Source: Zootoca vivipara (lineage: Eukaryota). From it: a stretch of DNA of 64,000 nucleotides. Under the pieces are notes generated by a model, which was not told the DNA's origin, made no database searches, and saw only the letters and a program-made list of their open reading frames with translations. This document shows, piece by piece, positions 24,351 to 36,809 of this stretch. The translations under genes were made by a program, and so were the position numbers. The stretch's first letter is position 1. Each line of letters begins with the position of its first letter. The DNA lies in assembly GCF_963506605.1 (NCBI RefSeq), contig NC_083288.1, positions 29,388,001 through 29,452,000 of the forward strand, written 5' to 3'.

Positions 24351-25739
24351 TGGGTGAGCTTCAGTTGGTTGTCATCGACGGAGCTCCTTTGTTTGGTTGT
24401 TTACCCTTCCAGACTTCCTCCAAGGTGGGCAGGAGTCCGATATAGTTATTGCCAATGACTAAGCCAATACCACTCACCTTGCTGTAATCAATAAAGTTTT
24501 GGCCTACATTTTTGCCCATTAACCTTAAACTTAAATTCTGTGTCCGTGTGTATTTATTCATCCTTGGGTGTGCGCCAGGGTCTTGACATACAATTGGGAT
24601 TAAATGGAAGCCTGAAGATAACTTCCTTTTGAGTTCCGAGCAGAACTGGCCATAATTGGATTATCCTTCGTAAACAGCAGTGTGAGCGAGCAGAGCTCAG
24701 GTGTATGCCAGCACCCCATTATGCTGTCCGCTACTGGCTGGTGTCTAAGTTTGAGCAGGCCATGTTACCTGTCAATCACCTGATCTTTTAATTTAAATTA
24801 TTATCAGTTTGGCTGTGAGAGTTTCCAGGACAAATACAACTAAAGAACGCTTTTCAAGTGCAGGCTTCTTAACTCCTGCTAAGCAGCAGTGATGCAAGTG
24901 AGTTTAGGTCAATTGAGAGCCACTACACTACCATAATGTCTGCTACTGCCATTGGGTGCACCCAGTTCCCCAACCTTTGTACGTAAGCTCTAATGCACAT
25001 GATGGAAAAGCATACTTCATATGAAGGGGAACCTAAGCTCCTTCAGCTAAACACTTATGGAAGCTCAAAGTAGAAGTTCATGATCAGAAAGAATTTGCCA
25101 GTGTTGCAAACAGATGAGGTGGGGGGAGAGGACAATAAAAATAGTTGTGATGTTATATGAAATTTAGGTATGCTTTACAAGAAAACAAAATGAAAAAGTA
25201 TCCTTGCATACTAGAAGTCAATTAATGTTTGGAACCTTTTTCATCTTCTTTGTACAATAGTGTGCCTCAATGGGCATTCTTCAGCAAATATGAATTAATT
25301 CCAATGGCAACAACATGGGGAGAGCACAAATTTCCCTGGAGCAAAGATTCTCAAGAGATTTTGCAATGGCATCTTTGTTTGCATATCTGAGAACAAGTAA
25401 ATATGGGGAATGCAATTTGCTGATATTATATTGGTGTGTGTATTTTGGAGTTTTGTTGTCCTTGAAACATTGTTGCTTCTTTTCATTTACACATTGTGTA
25501 CATTTCAGTGGCAGAAATGGATGAATGAGACAACCTTTGCATACCAGGATTGGGTGGAAATACTCTCATGTGATATTACTCTTCTCCTGGTCGTCTTGCT
25601 TTTCACATATATTGAGGAGCAACTGGGGCAGAACTGGGCTGGCTACCTTGAGTCTTTCTCCTCCTCAGCTCCCTTTGTGCCTTTCACTTTCTGGATTGAT
25701 CAAGCAGGCTCTTATATTTTTATGCATATTAAAAGAACT

Positions 25740-25936
25740 AGTAGGGAAATGGACAACATTTGTTTTGCACAGCATCATGGGACTGGTATGTTCTCCCAAG
25801 AGAGACCCTGAAATAGCACCAGAAAGGAGAATGACATCACCTCCTTCACCTCCGCCTGGCAACCCATGTGCCTTCAAATAAATATCCCCGTCAAGCACAT
25901 TGGCAGTCTAATCTTCTGAGAGAAAGAGGGGTGAGT
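25740..25936 (+). promoter_or_regulatory. Putative promoter and non-coding exon of the OR at 28329
   Basis: atgttctcccaagagagaccctgaaa...ccagaaag is homologous to the module at ~4852-4890; donor GTGAGT at 25931; acceptor ctgcAG at 28323-28324. Confidence 0.55.
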
Positions 25937-26092
25937 ATAATTATTCTTGATCATCTGAAATGATTTTAATGATTCAGTGTGCAGTCTTCATCTGCTTATT
26001 AGATATGAAATTTCAGATCGACTTTCTAGAATGGTGGTTCCTTTACCCTCTTTAGTTAATTCAGTGTGGTCTCTCCCTCTCATCCAAATGTT

Positions 26093-27911
26093 TTGTTGTC
26101 GTTTAGGCGTGTCCGACTCTTCGTGACCCCATGGACCATAGCACGCCAGGCACTCCTGTCTTGCACTGCCTCCCGCAGTTTGGTCAAACTCATGTTCGTA
26201 GCTTCGAGAACACTGTCCAACCATCTCGTCCTCTGCCATCCCCTTCTCCTAGTGCCCTCCATCTTTCCCAACATCAGGGTCTTTTCCAAGGATTCTTCTC
26301 TTCTCATGAGGTGGCCAAAGTATTGGAGCCTCAGCTTCAGGATCTGTCCTTCCAGTGAGCACTCGGGGCTGATTTCCTTAAGAATGGATAGGTTTGATCT
26401 TCTTGCAGTCCATGCGACTCTGAAGAGTCTCCTCCAGCACCAAAATTCAAAAGCATTAATTCTTCGGCAATCAGCCTTCTTTATGGTCCAGCTCTCACTT
26501 CCATACATCACTGCTGGGAAAACCATAGCTTTAACTATACGGACCTTTGTTGGCAAGGTGATGTCTCTGCTTTTTAAGATATTGTCTAGGTTTGTCATTG
26601 CTTTTCTCCCAAGAAGCAGGTGTCTTTTAATTTCGTGACTGCTGTCACCATCTGCAGTGATCAAGGAGCCCAGGAAAGTAAAATCTCTCACTGCCTCCAT
26701 TTCCTCCCCTTCTATTTGCCAGGAGGTGATGGGACCAGTGGCCATGATCTTGGTTTTTTTGATGTTGAGCTTCACACCATATTTTGCGCTCTCCTCTTTC
26801 ACCCTCATTAAAAGGTTCTTTAATTCCTCCTCACTTTCTGCTGTCAAGGTTGTGTCATCTGCATATCTGAGGTTGTTGATATTTCTTCCGGCAATCTTAA
26901 TTCCGGTTTGGGATTCATCTAATCCAGCCTTTCGCATGATGAATTCTGCATATAAGTTAATTAAGCAGGGAGACAATATACAACCTTGTCGTACTCCTTT
27001 CCCAATTTTGAACCAGTCAGTTGTTCCATATCCAGTTCTAACTGTAGCTTCTTGTCCCACATAGAGATTTCTCAGGAGACAGATGAGGTGATCAGGCACT
27101 CCCATTTCTTTAAGAACTTGCCATAGTTTGCTGTGGTCGACACAGTCAAAGGATTTTGCATAGTCAATGAAGCAGAAGTAGACGTTTTTCTGGAACTCTC
27201 TAGCTTTCTCCATAATCCAGCGCATGTTTGCTATTTGGTCTCTGTTTCCTCTGCCCCTTCGAAATCCAGCTTGCACTTCTGGGAGTTCTCGGTCCACATA
27301 CTGCCTAAGCCTGCCTTGTAGAATTTTAAGCATAACCTTGCTAGCATGTGAAATGAGCGCAATTGTGCGGTAGTTGGAGCATTCTTTGGCACTGCCCTTC
27401 TTTGGGATTGGGATGTAGACTGATCTTCTCCAATCCTCTGGTCATTGCTGCATTTTCCAAACCTGCTGGCATATTGAGTGTAGCACCTTAACAGCATCAT
27501 CTTCTTGATGTCTTCTGCTTCTGTTAGGTCCTTATCACTTTTGTCCTTTATTATGGTAATCTTTGTACAAAATGTTCCTTTCATATCTCTATCTTATTTT
27601 TCTTGAACATATCTCAGGTTTTCCCCCATTCTATTGTTTTCCTCTATTTCTTTGCATTGCTCATTTAAGAAGACCCTCTTGTCTCTCCTTGCTATTTTTT
27701 CAAAATCTGCAATTCAGTTTCCTGTATCTTTCACTATCTCCCTCGCATTTTGCTTGCCTCCTCTCCCCCGCTATTTGTAAGGCCTCGTGGCGAAGGGGCT
27801 TAAGTAATTCAGAGAAGTTATGTTTTGACCAAATGTGATCCACCTGGAGAAGGAACCGGCAAGCCACTCCAGTATCCCTGTCAAGAAAACTCGATGGACA
27901 AAGACAACAGG
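26093..27911 (-). mobile_element. BovB/RTE LINE, truncated, with internal deletion and inverted 5' piece
   Basis: RT ORF 26080-27333 (FIDYAKSFD, GVRQGCILSP, YADD, KSRTRLND); (CAA)-type tail; 12-bp TSD catccaaatgtt at 26081-26092 and 27912-27923. Confidence 0.95.
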
Positions 27912-28005
27912 CATCCAAATGTTACATGTTTCTTAAAATGATTCATGTACATGTGATGGCTCAATCAGAGATTTCTGTAATAACTTTACCATTTACATAA
28001 TATAT

Positions 28006-28141
28006 CAGGCACCCCCAAACTTCGGCCCTCCAGATGTTTTGGCCTACAACTCCCATGATCCCTAGCTAACAGGACCAGTGGTCAGGGATGATGGGAATTG
28101 TAGTCCAAAACATCTGGAGGGCTGAAGTTTGGGGGTGCCCG
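28006..28141. mobile_element. Palindromic hAT (Charlie/URR1-like) MITE
   Basis: caggcacccccaaacttc.gccctccagatgttttgg arms are reverse-complementary over ~50 bp; degenerate TSD ending in atat. Confidence 0.85.
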
Positions 28142-28328
28142 CTTTATATCATACCAGGATGAAAGCACACATCAAAAATTGATAGTGTGCATACTTGGTT
28201 CTTGATTTGGATAGTTGTGTAGTTGTGAACTAGCGCAATATCTAAGATGATCTTTTTAAAAAAATAGAATGTTCAAAAATTTATAAGCTACACTAACTCA
28301 AAACTATTTAAATTCTATCTGCAGAACG

Positions 28329-29279
28329 ATGGAAATGAGAGAAATGGCTAACCAATCTACTCCAACAGAGTTCCTTCTCATGGGGTTTTCTGAAGCCCGT
28401 GATTTGCAGATTTTGCATTCTGCAATATTTCTCTTCATTTACTTAACAGCCTTAGTAGGAAATTCTCTCATCATCACAGCTGTGGCCCTAGACCACCACC
28501 TTCACAGCCCAATGTACTTCTTTTTGATTAACCTGTCATTGTTTGATGTCTGCTCCATCTCCACTACTGTGCCCAAATCCATTGCCATTTCATTGACAAA
28601 CAACAACATGATTTCTTTTGCCGGATGTGTCACACAGGTCTTCTTAGTGGTGACATTTGTTGGTGGTGAGCTTGCTTTGCTCACTGTTATGGCTTATGAC
28701 CGTTTTGTAGCCATCTGTCGTCCACTACAATATACCTTAATCATGAATTGGAATGCCTGCATGCAAATGGTAGCTGCTTCCTGGATAAGCAACCTGATTC
28801 ATGCAGTATTGGAAACCAGTTTTACATTCGTGCTAAATTTTTGTGGGACCAATATCATTGGACAATATTTTTGTGACATTCCTCAATTGCAAAAGATTTC
28901 TTGCAGTGATACAAACATGAATCAAGTTCTGATTTTTGTCATTGGGTTTTTTATTGACTCTTTTTGTTTTGCATTTATCTTTGCGTCTTATGGCTACATA
29001 TTTTCTGCTGTGCTGAGGATCCCATCAGTCCAAGGCAGATATAAAGCTTTTTCTACCTGCACTCCTCACCTGACTGTCTTTTCTTTATTCATCATCACAG
29101 CTGTGTTTTCATACATGAGACCAAAAGCACTTTCTTCCCCCACCGTGGACTTGGTTTCTGCTGTATTATATACAGTTTTACCACCGGTTCTTAATCCCAT
29201 TATTTATAGCCTCAGGAACAAGGACATCCAACTGGCAGTCTGGAAAATACCCAGAAAACTGAAACATCTCATTACATGA
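28329..29279 (+). CDS. Olfactory receptor, family 14-like, more divergent paralog (316 aa; alternative start at 28344)
   Basis: NQS, GN, LHSPMYFFL, MAYDRFVAIC, KAFSTC and PPVLNPIIYSLRN. Confidence 0.96.
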   Translation: MEMREMANQSTPTEFLLMGFSEARDLQILHSAIFLFIYLTALVGNSLIITAVALDHHLHSPMYFFLINLSLFDVCSISTTVPKSIAISLTNNNMISFAGCVTQVFLVVTFVGGELALLTVMAYDRFVAICRPLQYTLIMNWNACMQMVAASWISNLIHAVLETSFTFVLNFCGTNIIGQYFCDIPQLQKISCSDTNMNQVLIFVIGFFIDSFCFAFIFASYGYIFSAVLRIPSVQGRYKAFSTCTPHLTVFSLFIITAVFSYMRPKALSSPTVDLVSAVLYTVLPPVLNPIIYSLRNKDIQLAVWKIPRKLKHLIT

Positions 29280-30103
29280 TTCATCACTTCCAGATTTTTG
29301 GAAAACATAGAAACACTTAATGTATATCTGAGGTTGAACTTAGGAAATTTCTTTTTTCACCTTTGAAATAGAGGATTTCATAATATTAACTATTTATCAT
29401 ATTAAAAGGCTCCTTGCCATTTTCACAGATTTAGTGACAGAGAATATGTTGATCTTGTTATTTCTTCAGTTATGGGCCATAATTGCTGCTGCAACACTGT
29501 TGCAGAGAACTATCTTGATTGTATCTTATGTAGACATTTCTGAAAGAATTGTTTTTGTTCTGTTACTTACAAATCTGACTCTTAAAATTGAAGGCCTTGT
29601 ATTTGCTTTAAGATATGTTAGTCTAGTTTCTCGTTAGACATAGTGAATGTATGGCAGAGGGTGCTGTATATTAACAATACAAACAATAAATAGTTGTTGG
29701 GTGAAACCTGTTCCCCTTACAAAGCTGCAATATCCAGAATTCTTGGGGAGGAGGTTGAATGTTAAAGCACTTTGGGAATGCCAAGGTGGGAGTGGAAGGA
29801 ACAGAAGGATCTGTGATTCTCCATCTGCTATATATGCATGTGGGGGTGTGGGGAATGACCACTCCCCACATCAAATGGGGGACGGCTTTTGCATGGTCGT
29901 GTGCAGTTCCCTAGATCCCTGTGCGGCTCCTGGTAGTTAAGGACTGGCTTCATCCTCCCTAGGCAGGATACCTATGGTCTCCACCTACCTGCAGTACCTT
30001 GGTTTATGAACTTAATCCATTCCAGAAGTCCGTTCTTAAACCCAGAAATAAACAGTAAATTGCAAGAACTCGGGCCAGGAGGAAGATGAATTTCAAGTAA
30101 GGT

Positions 30104-31423
30104 ATGGTAGGCAACTTTATCATTATTACCTTGGTGTGCTGTGAAAACAGCCTTCACTCCCCAATGTACATGTTTATTGCCAACTTGTCCATTTTGGAGG
30201 CTCTCTACACCACCACAGTTATCCCCAAAATGCTAGTCAACTTCATGAGTCAGAGAAAATCCATCTCCTTCCATAGTTGTATCTTGCAAGCCTACATTTT
30301 CTTCTCAGCAGGTTCCAGTGAGTTCTTCCTTTTGGCTGTCATGTCGTTTGACCGCTATCTTGCCATTTGTAACCCACTGAGATATGCAGCCATCATGACC
30401 ATGCGCCTTTGCCTCCAGCTTATTGCTGCTTCCTGGATGTAGGTCTTCTTTGCAGTCCTACCACCTACAATCCTGGTAGGCCAGCTGCCATTTTGTGGAC
30501 CCAATGTTATTAAACATTTCTTTTGTGATGTTGACCCCTTACTCAAGCTGGCCTGCTTTGATGTAAGGAAAATTGAAATGATTAATTTTGTAAGTGCAGC
30601 CTTGCTCCTTCTGGGTTCATTACTGGTGACAGGTTTGTCCTATACAGTGGTACCTCGGTTTATGAACACAATTGGTTCCGGAAGTCTGTTCATAAACTGA
30701 AGCGTTCATAAACTGAAGCGAACTTTTCCATTGAAAGTAATGGAAAGTGGATTAATCCGTTCCAGACGGTCCGCAGAGTACTTAAACTGAAGCGTTCATA
30801 AACTGAAGCGAACTTTCCCATTGAAAGTAATGGAAAGTGGATTAATCCGTTCCAGACGGGTCCGCGGAGTACTTAAACTGAAGCGTTCATAAACTGAAGC
30901 ATGGGTGTAATTGGTTCCGGAAGTCTGTTCATAAACTGAAGCGTTCATAAACTGAAGCGAACTTTCCCATTGAAAGTAATGGGAAATGAATTAATCCGTT
31001 CCAGATGGGTCCACGGTGTTCATAAACTGAAAATTCATAAACCGAGGTGTTCATAAACCGAGGTTCCACTGTATCTTCATCATTGGAACAGTGCTGAGGA
31101 TCCCTGCAGCCAAAGGACGACAGAAAACATTCTCTACGTGTGCCTCTCACCTAATTGTGGTGACACTCTACTATGGGAGTTGCATTTTCATGTATGTTCA
31201 GCCACAAAAAAATCACTCTTTGGACCTGAACAAGGTAGTCAGCATACTGAACACAGTAATAACTCCATTGCTGAACCCTTTCATTTATAGTCTGAGAAAC
31301 AAGAAAGTCAAGGAGGCCCTGAAACATCTTGCCAGGAGAAAGACTTCCCCTTTAATTAAGCTCAGATTTCTGAATCAGGAAAAGGGGCCTATGCACTGTG
31401 TAGTATTGAATAATGGAAGTTGA
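30104..31423 (+). pseudogene. Olfactory receptor pseudogene, family 6-like, copy C
   Basis: Same 5' truncation as copy A; TGG>TAG stop at 30440-30442; MITE inserted in the TM5 SY codons. Confidence 0.93.
30645..31071. mobile_element. Tigger/pogo-like (Tc1/mariner) MITE
   Basis: TIR cagtggtacctcggtttatgaac/gttcataaaccgaggttccactg, TA TSD, internal ttcataaactgaagcg repeats. The empty site tcctatatcttc is at ~845. Confidence 0.93.
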
Positions 31424-31770
31424 TAAAGGTGGGGAGGTTGATGAGAAGGTGTACACACATCAACACTGGAACAATGGTTCAGCTGAATATTCTAGATGTG
31501 AGATCATTTTCCTGGGGAACATGTAATCTTTGTTACTGTTCGAAATCTCTAACACATGTGGCGTGGTGGAGCTTCTGGCTTTCAGTGGGGCGATATTCAT
31601 TTAAAAATTTACTCAGTGATGAATCTCACAGGACAGTCTTTGCATAGCTGTCTTACAGCCTCAGCTACTTCAGAGACTTGGTTTGAAAACAGTAACACTA
31701 TAATCCACTTTTTTGACTTTTTGAGTTCCTGTGAAAAGTGGTGTATAGCTGTTCTTAGTAATTGTGATTG

Positions 31771-33560
31771 TGTGGCGATGTCCCTTGCTCCAAAGGAAAA
31801 TAAGACACTGTGAAATGAATTTTAAGAGGGCGAAAAGGCCACAACTTTATTGGTTTTGGTTGTTGAGCGGTATTGGCTTAGGCATTGGAACCTAACAGGC
31901 TATATCCAACTGTAACCCGTGTGTTACAGTCTGGGAGAAATTAACCACCAGAAAGGAGCCCAATGATGTACATCTACTGAGACACCTCCTATGGCCACCG
32001 TTGGGGGGTGCCATAAGGCCCAGACCTCCGCAGGCTCAGGACAAAGCTACCCCCCCCCCGGAACCCCTTTAACGGGATCAAATTTCCAAACTCTGGGCCG
32101 ACGATGACGTGATCTGCCCCCCTTTTTCTTTTATGCAAATTTGCTCCAAGAACTTCCTCGATGCACACTACCAGGGCCTCGCAGAGTTTGTCCATTCAAG
32201 GCTAAAACCTTTCTGGCCACTGCCAGATCCAAAAACTTCATTGATTTATCGATAGCAGTGGGGGTGTGAAAGTAGCACCAAAATGTGTCTATCTAGCCGA
32301 GAAGACCAAAGGATATTGCAAGGCGGCCCTGGCCTTTACAGCTGGCAGGAGCTCGCCCCAGCACATCCATCTCCTTGTAAACCGGGAAACGCTGATCCGT
32401 GGGGGTCGCCCCAAATTGGGACCCAGTCCCCAATCAAAGGTGCATTCCGAAGCCCAGTGCATGATACTGTGATCATCCATCCAGTTATTAACCGTATTAT
32501 CTCCTGGGAACAAAGTAAAAGAACGTAAGTGATTTGCCAAAGTCAAATAATTAGTCACATTGTGCGGCAGATGTAACCTTTTTAAGCTTCGTACTTTCAA
32601 CGACCCAATTCATTTACTCTCTCCAATGAGAGGCTTATGTGTACTGCAGTTGTAGCTGCCCTAATTCAGAAGGAATGTACAGTAAATCTGGAGAGAGGAA
32701 GCCCACATGACGCGATGGCCCTGCGGCTGACACGCGTAAACTGATGATGGGCTAGGCGAGAGCCAACCTGGAGGATCAGGAATGGCACAGGAGTGGGAGG
32801 CCTCGAATGAAGGAATCACCTGGTTTCCTTCACAGGGCAAGGGCTGCTAAGCCCTGAGGCTGGTAAGCGCGTGAAGGCACCCTACCCTCTCCGATCCGTT
32901 TTAATTGACGAATATGAAGCACTAATTATGTATCAGATAGTGTTAGGTCAGAACACAAAGTGCCCTTAGCGGACTTGTTGAAGGGGGGGGGGCTCCGCAA
33001 ACCCATCCTGATAGATAAGGAAGGGGCCAGGGGTGGGTGGCCTTAACTGAAGGAATCGCCTGGTGTCCGTCACCGATTCTGATTCAATTTATAGGCTAAG
33101 AGAGGAATAGCAGCTGTCAGACTATTAAAAGTCTTGACCACACGCCCAGATTGCACAGTCAGCAAGGTATTGAAGCACCTGCTCTGTGGTGGGAGGACTG
33201 ACTGCGCCTGATACCCACAGATTTCCCCATAGGCCATAAAATCTGTAAACAAAGGTTTGAATAGAAAGTCAATGAAATCAGCCAGGAGAGTGGACAGAGC
33301 CAAGAAGCCATCAAGGCTAGCCAACACGATGCCATTCGTAACTCCAGGAATAAATGTGCTGTGAAGGTAAAGATAAACTTAAGGTGAAGCAGAACAATTG
33401 CGTGTAGCGGGAGTGACATCATCTTCGACTGCTTTGCAAGGTCATTGATGACAGCTCAATTATCAATTCCAGGGTAAACATGGTGATCCCCAAAGTCCTT
33501 CATCTGGGGTGGACTGGAACTACGGTATTTTGAAAGAAACTTCCAAAGGTTAAATAGTGT
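31771..33560 (-). mobile_element. Ngaro-type DIRS retrotransposon relic (RNase H, YR, SGNH hydrolase, terminus)
   Basis: The - strand gives IPGVTNG (RNase H, ~33340), FTVHSF*IRAATTA...LGR* (YR, ~32600-32690), WMDDHSIMHWA (hydrolase, ~32460) and the terminal aataaagttgtggcc at 31837-31851. Confidence 0.8.
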
Positions 33561-34837
33561 GCAATAGTAACCAGGCTAGCATCACGCACACACAGGTGTC
33601 TGTGAAGGAGCCCTGATTGAGCCATATAATGTGGGAACTATGTCAAATTGTCTTGCCTGGGAGATACCTCAAGAGCATAACTTAAGAAGAGGACTGAAGC
33701 CCAGCTGATGTACACCCACAGGAACAGGCTCTAGAGCCAAAGTAAATGTCGATTTATCATGTTCCGGGTAAAGTAATAAGAGGATAGAAGCCCAGCTGAT
33801 GTACACCCACAGGAGCAGGCTCTAGCGTCAAATGTAAATCCCTAACTTATTATGTTCAGGGTAAGAAAGTATGTGCAATGTGAAGGGCAAGGTCGGCACC
33901 TGCTCTAGGAAGTCATTGCAGCCATCAACACTTCGTTGCTCGGGATATCAAATGGTAGTATCAGCCAGGATCTAATTATTTGGACTCAAATGTTTCCCTA
34001 TTGATCTGGTATGCATGTGTCTGAATGGCATATGGGCATTCTAACCATCAACTGGGTGCCATAAAAAAGGTGCATATAGTAGCCTACGATGCAAACCTAA
34101 CCGGAGATCTCATACTGATAAGCTGAGGAGGTAAAAGGAGGTCATATAACAGAAGCAAATGCCTGACTTTGTTTTATTTATTTGTTGGTTATTGTTGTTG
34201 TTGTTGTTGTTGTTGTTGTATTTGTTGTATATGTATTTATTTATTTATCTTATAACTGAAACAACCAGCAGATGTGTGGTTCAGTAATGCATATACAGTA
34301 CTGCCACTATTTGCACAGGTTAAAGCAGACTTGCTTCCATTCTAACCATCAACTGGGTGCCATAAGAAGAATGCATATAACAGCCTACGATGCTAACCTA
34401 ACCAGAGATCTCATACTGATAAGCTGAAGAGGTAAAAGGAGTAAATGCCAGACTTTTATTTTATTTTATTTATTTATTTTTGTATTTTTCTATGTATTTG
34501 TTTATGTATTTATTTATTTATCTTATAATTGGAACAATCAGCACATGTGCGGTTTAGTAAAGCATATAGAGTACTGTCACCATTTGCACAAGTTGCACAA
34601 GTTAAAGCAGACTTGCTTTCCCACATGGAAATTGAACCTGCAACCTTGGGGTTATCAGCACTAATATCCTATCAACCCAGAAATAATACCTCAAAGTTCC
34701 CGGGTTGGTCATCTATGGAACCTGCCACTTAGGCGTTATCAACACTAGGATGAGACCTTGGTGGTCGCCTATTCCCAACCCTTGTAATGAATAATATGCA
34801 CCTATCCCATAATGAATAATATGCACCTATCCCACCT

Positions 34838-35186
34838 GGGACCCAGGTGGCACTGTGGTTAAACCACTGAGCCTAGGGCTTGCTGATCAGAAGGTCGGCG
34901 GTTCGAATCCCTGTGACGGGGTGAGCTCCCGTTGCTTGGTCCTAGCTCCTGCCAACCTAGCAGTTCGAAAGCACCTCAAATTGCAAGTAGATAAATAGGA
35001 ACCGCTACAGCGGGAAGGTAAACGGCGTTTCCATGTGCTGCTCTGGTTTGCCAGAAGCGGCTTTGTCATGCTGGCCACATGACCTGGAAGCTATACGCCG
35101 GCACCCTCGGCCAATAATGCGAGATGAGTGCGCAACCCCAGAGTCGGTCACGACTGGACCTAATGGTCAGGGGTCCCTTTACCTTT
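34838..35186 (+). mobile_element. Sauria SINE (duplicate of 1823-2171)
   Basis: Same sequence and same TSD. Confidence 0.92.
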
Positions 35187-35213
35187 ACCTATCCCATGTG
35201 GGGATAGGGCCTG

Positions 35214-35725
35214 TGTCGCGGTCACACAGACCTGCACATCACCCCCGGACGTTTGACGGTCTATTGGTGATGTGCCAACGACAAACAAATACTCTCAATC
35301 ACTCACACACCTCAGACCAGGATATAGTAAAATAAAACAAGTTGGTTTAGTGAATGTTCTTATGCGTATTGGTTACTGTACAAAGCTTAAAACGGTTTCA
35401 AAATCACAGATGATTCCTATACCGGCCTAATACCTCTAAATAAGAATTACCGGCCTATTACCTCTAAAAATAACTAATAATAATTATCACTAAACTCATA
35501 ACACTGTATCCTGTCTATCTCACTATTTAACAGCCACCACAATAATAACCAGCACCAGCTCCTCTCAACTATCTCACTCTCCTCACATCTAACTCTCCCA
35601 ACTCTCTCATCTGCCTGCCTGCTTCACTCTATATACACCCTGCTTCTGGCTGGAGAGCTCCCATTGGTCGTTTCCCTCCCTGGCAACTTAACCCCTTCTA
35701 GGCCCTCTAGAGGTGAAACGCCACA
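35214..35725 (-). mobile_element. Solo LTR (duplicate of 2199-2710)
   Basis: Same sequence and gcctg TSD. Confidence 0.8.
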
Positions 35726-36718
35726 GCCTGTAAAAAGAAAAAGAACAACTTGGCTCTGCCAGCACTACTATCCTGCCAATCCAGAAACGGTACCTCAGAG
35801 TATGTAATGCAAGAATATGCAGCTCTCCATATGGGGATTAAACCAGTAACCTTGGGGTTGTCAGCACTGATTATCCTGTAAACCCAGGAATAGTATCACA
35901 GAGTGTTCCTTGGTGATCATCTAGTCCAACCCCCTGTAATGCAAGGATATGCAGCCTTCCCATATGGGGATAGAATCTGGAACCTTGGCATTATTAAACT
36001 GTAGAGTTGGAAAGGATCCTGAAAGTCATCTAGTACAACCCCCTGCAGCACACTTGGTCTCTGCAACTGTGCTAGCTGCTTTAATTCTGCACCACTTCTG
36101 ATCTTACAAGTTTCATGAAGAAGATTCCAAATCCCACCTAGAAGTGTCAGGGACCCTCTGCATGCAAAGCAGATTATCGTGCACTGTGGTACAGCTCTAA
36201 GATTTGGTTAAGTAATTAGGCCAAAGGTCATTTAGCAATCTCGACGATTCACCGGAGATTGGAATAATATAATTATTAATTATTATTGATTGGTTTCCCT
36301 TTTATTTATTTATTTCTATATTAAGTATTTTATTATTTATTTATTAAAATTCTTACTACTCCTGATTATTATCAAGTAAACTACTGTTTATGCAAGGTAA
36401 GCATAAACCAGGGGTTCCTAAACTAAGGCCCGGGGGCCAGATGCGGCCCAATCGCCTTCTAAATCCGGCCCGTGGACAGTCCGAGAATCAGCATGTTTTT
36501 ACATGAGTAGAATGTGTCCTTTAATTTAAATTCAACTCTGGATTATTTGTGGGGCATAGGAATTCTTCATATATATAGTCCGGCCCCCCACCAGGTCTGA
36601 GGGACAGTGGACCGGCCTCCTGCTGAAAAAGTTTGCTGACCCCTAGGCTAAACTAACAGCAATGAAATTAAAATGTTAAATGCAGTAATATAAATTTAAA
36701 AAATACTGTTTTCTCTAG

Positions 36719-36809
36719 GCCAACTCCCTGCAATGCAGGAATCTTTGCCCAACGTGGGGCTCGAACCCACAACACTGAGATTAATAGCCTCATGCTATAC
36801 CAACTGAGC
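36719..36809 (-). mobile_element. tRNA-Lys-derived SINE fragment with CR1-like tail
   Basis: The - strand gctcagttggtatagcatgaggctattaatctcagtgttgtgggttcgagccccacgttgggc resembles tRNA-Lys(CTT) and continues into ttcctgcattgcaggg. Confidence 0.8.

Larger units (their letters stand above)
19605..24588 (+). mobile_element. Ngaro-type DIRS retrotransposon relic (tyrosine recombinase plus SGNH hydrolase) carrying a nested hAT MITE and CR1
   Basis: YR: LRVGE (~20050), CPV..YL.IRP, DSFRIGIATTA, LGR* (20202-20474). Hydrolase: WFVGHSIMNW and FRADGLHLS (20585-20880). CCAAT/TATA block at 19730-19775 and aataaagttttggcc terminus at 24490. Outer boundaries are approximate. Confidence 0.78.

Noticed and set aside
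21436-27838. Antisense and overlapping ORFs within CR1 and BovB
   Set aside because: They are shadow frames of LINE ORF2 with no independent motifs.
30660-31050. CRISPR-like repeat/spacer pattern
   Set aside because: These are internal repeats of a TA-flanked MITE in a vertebrate genome, and the 'spacers' are themselves repeated.
36719-36809. tRNA-Lys gene
   Set aside because: The 5' end is missing, the stems and anticodon are mutated, and it continues into a CR1-like tail, so it is a SINE head.
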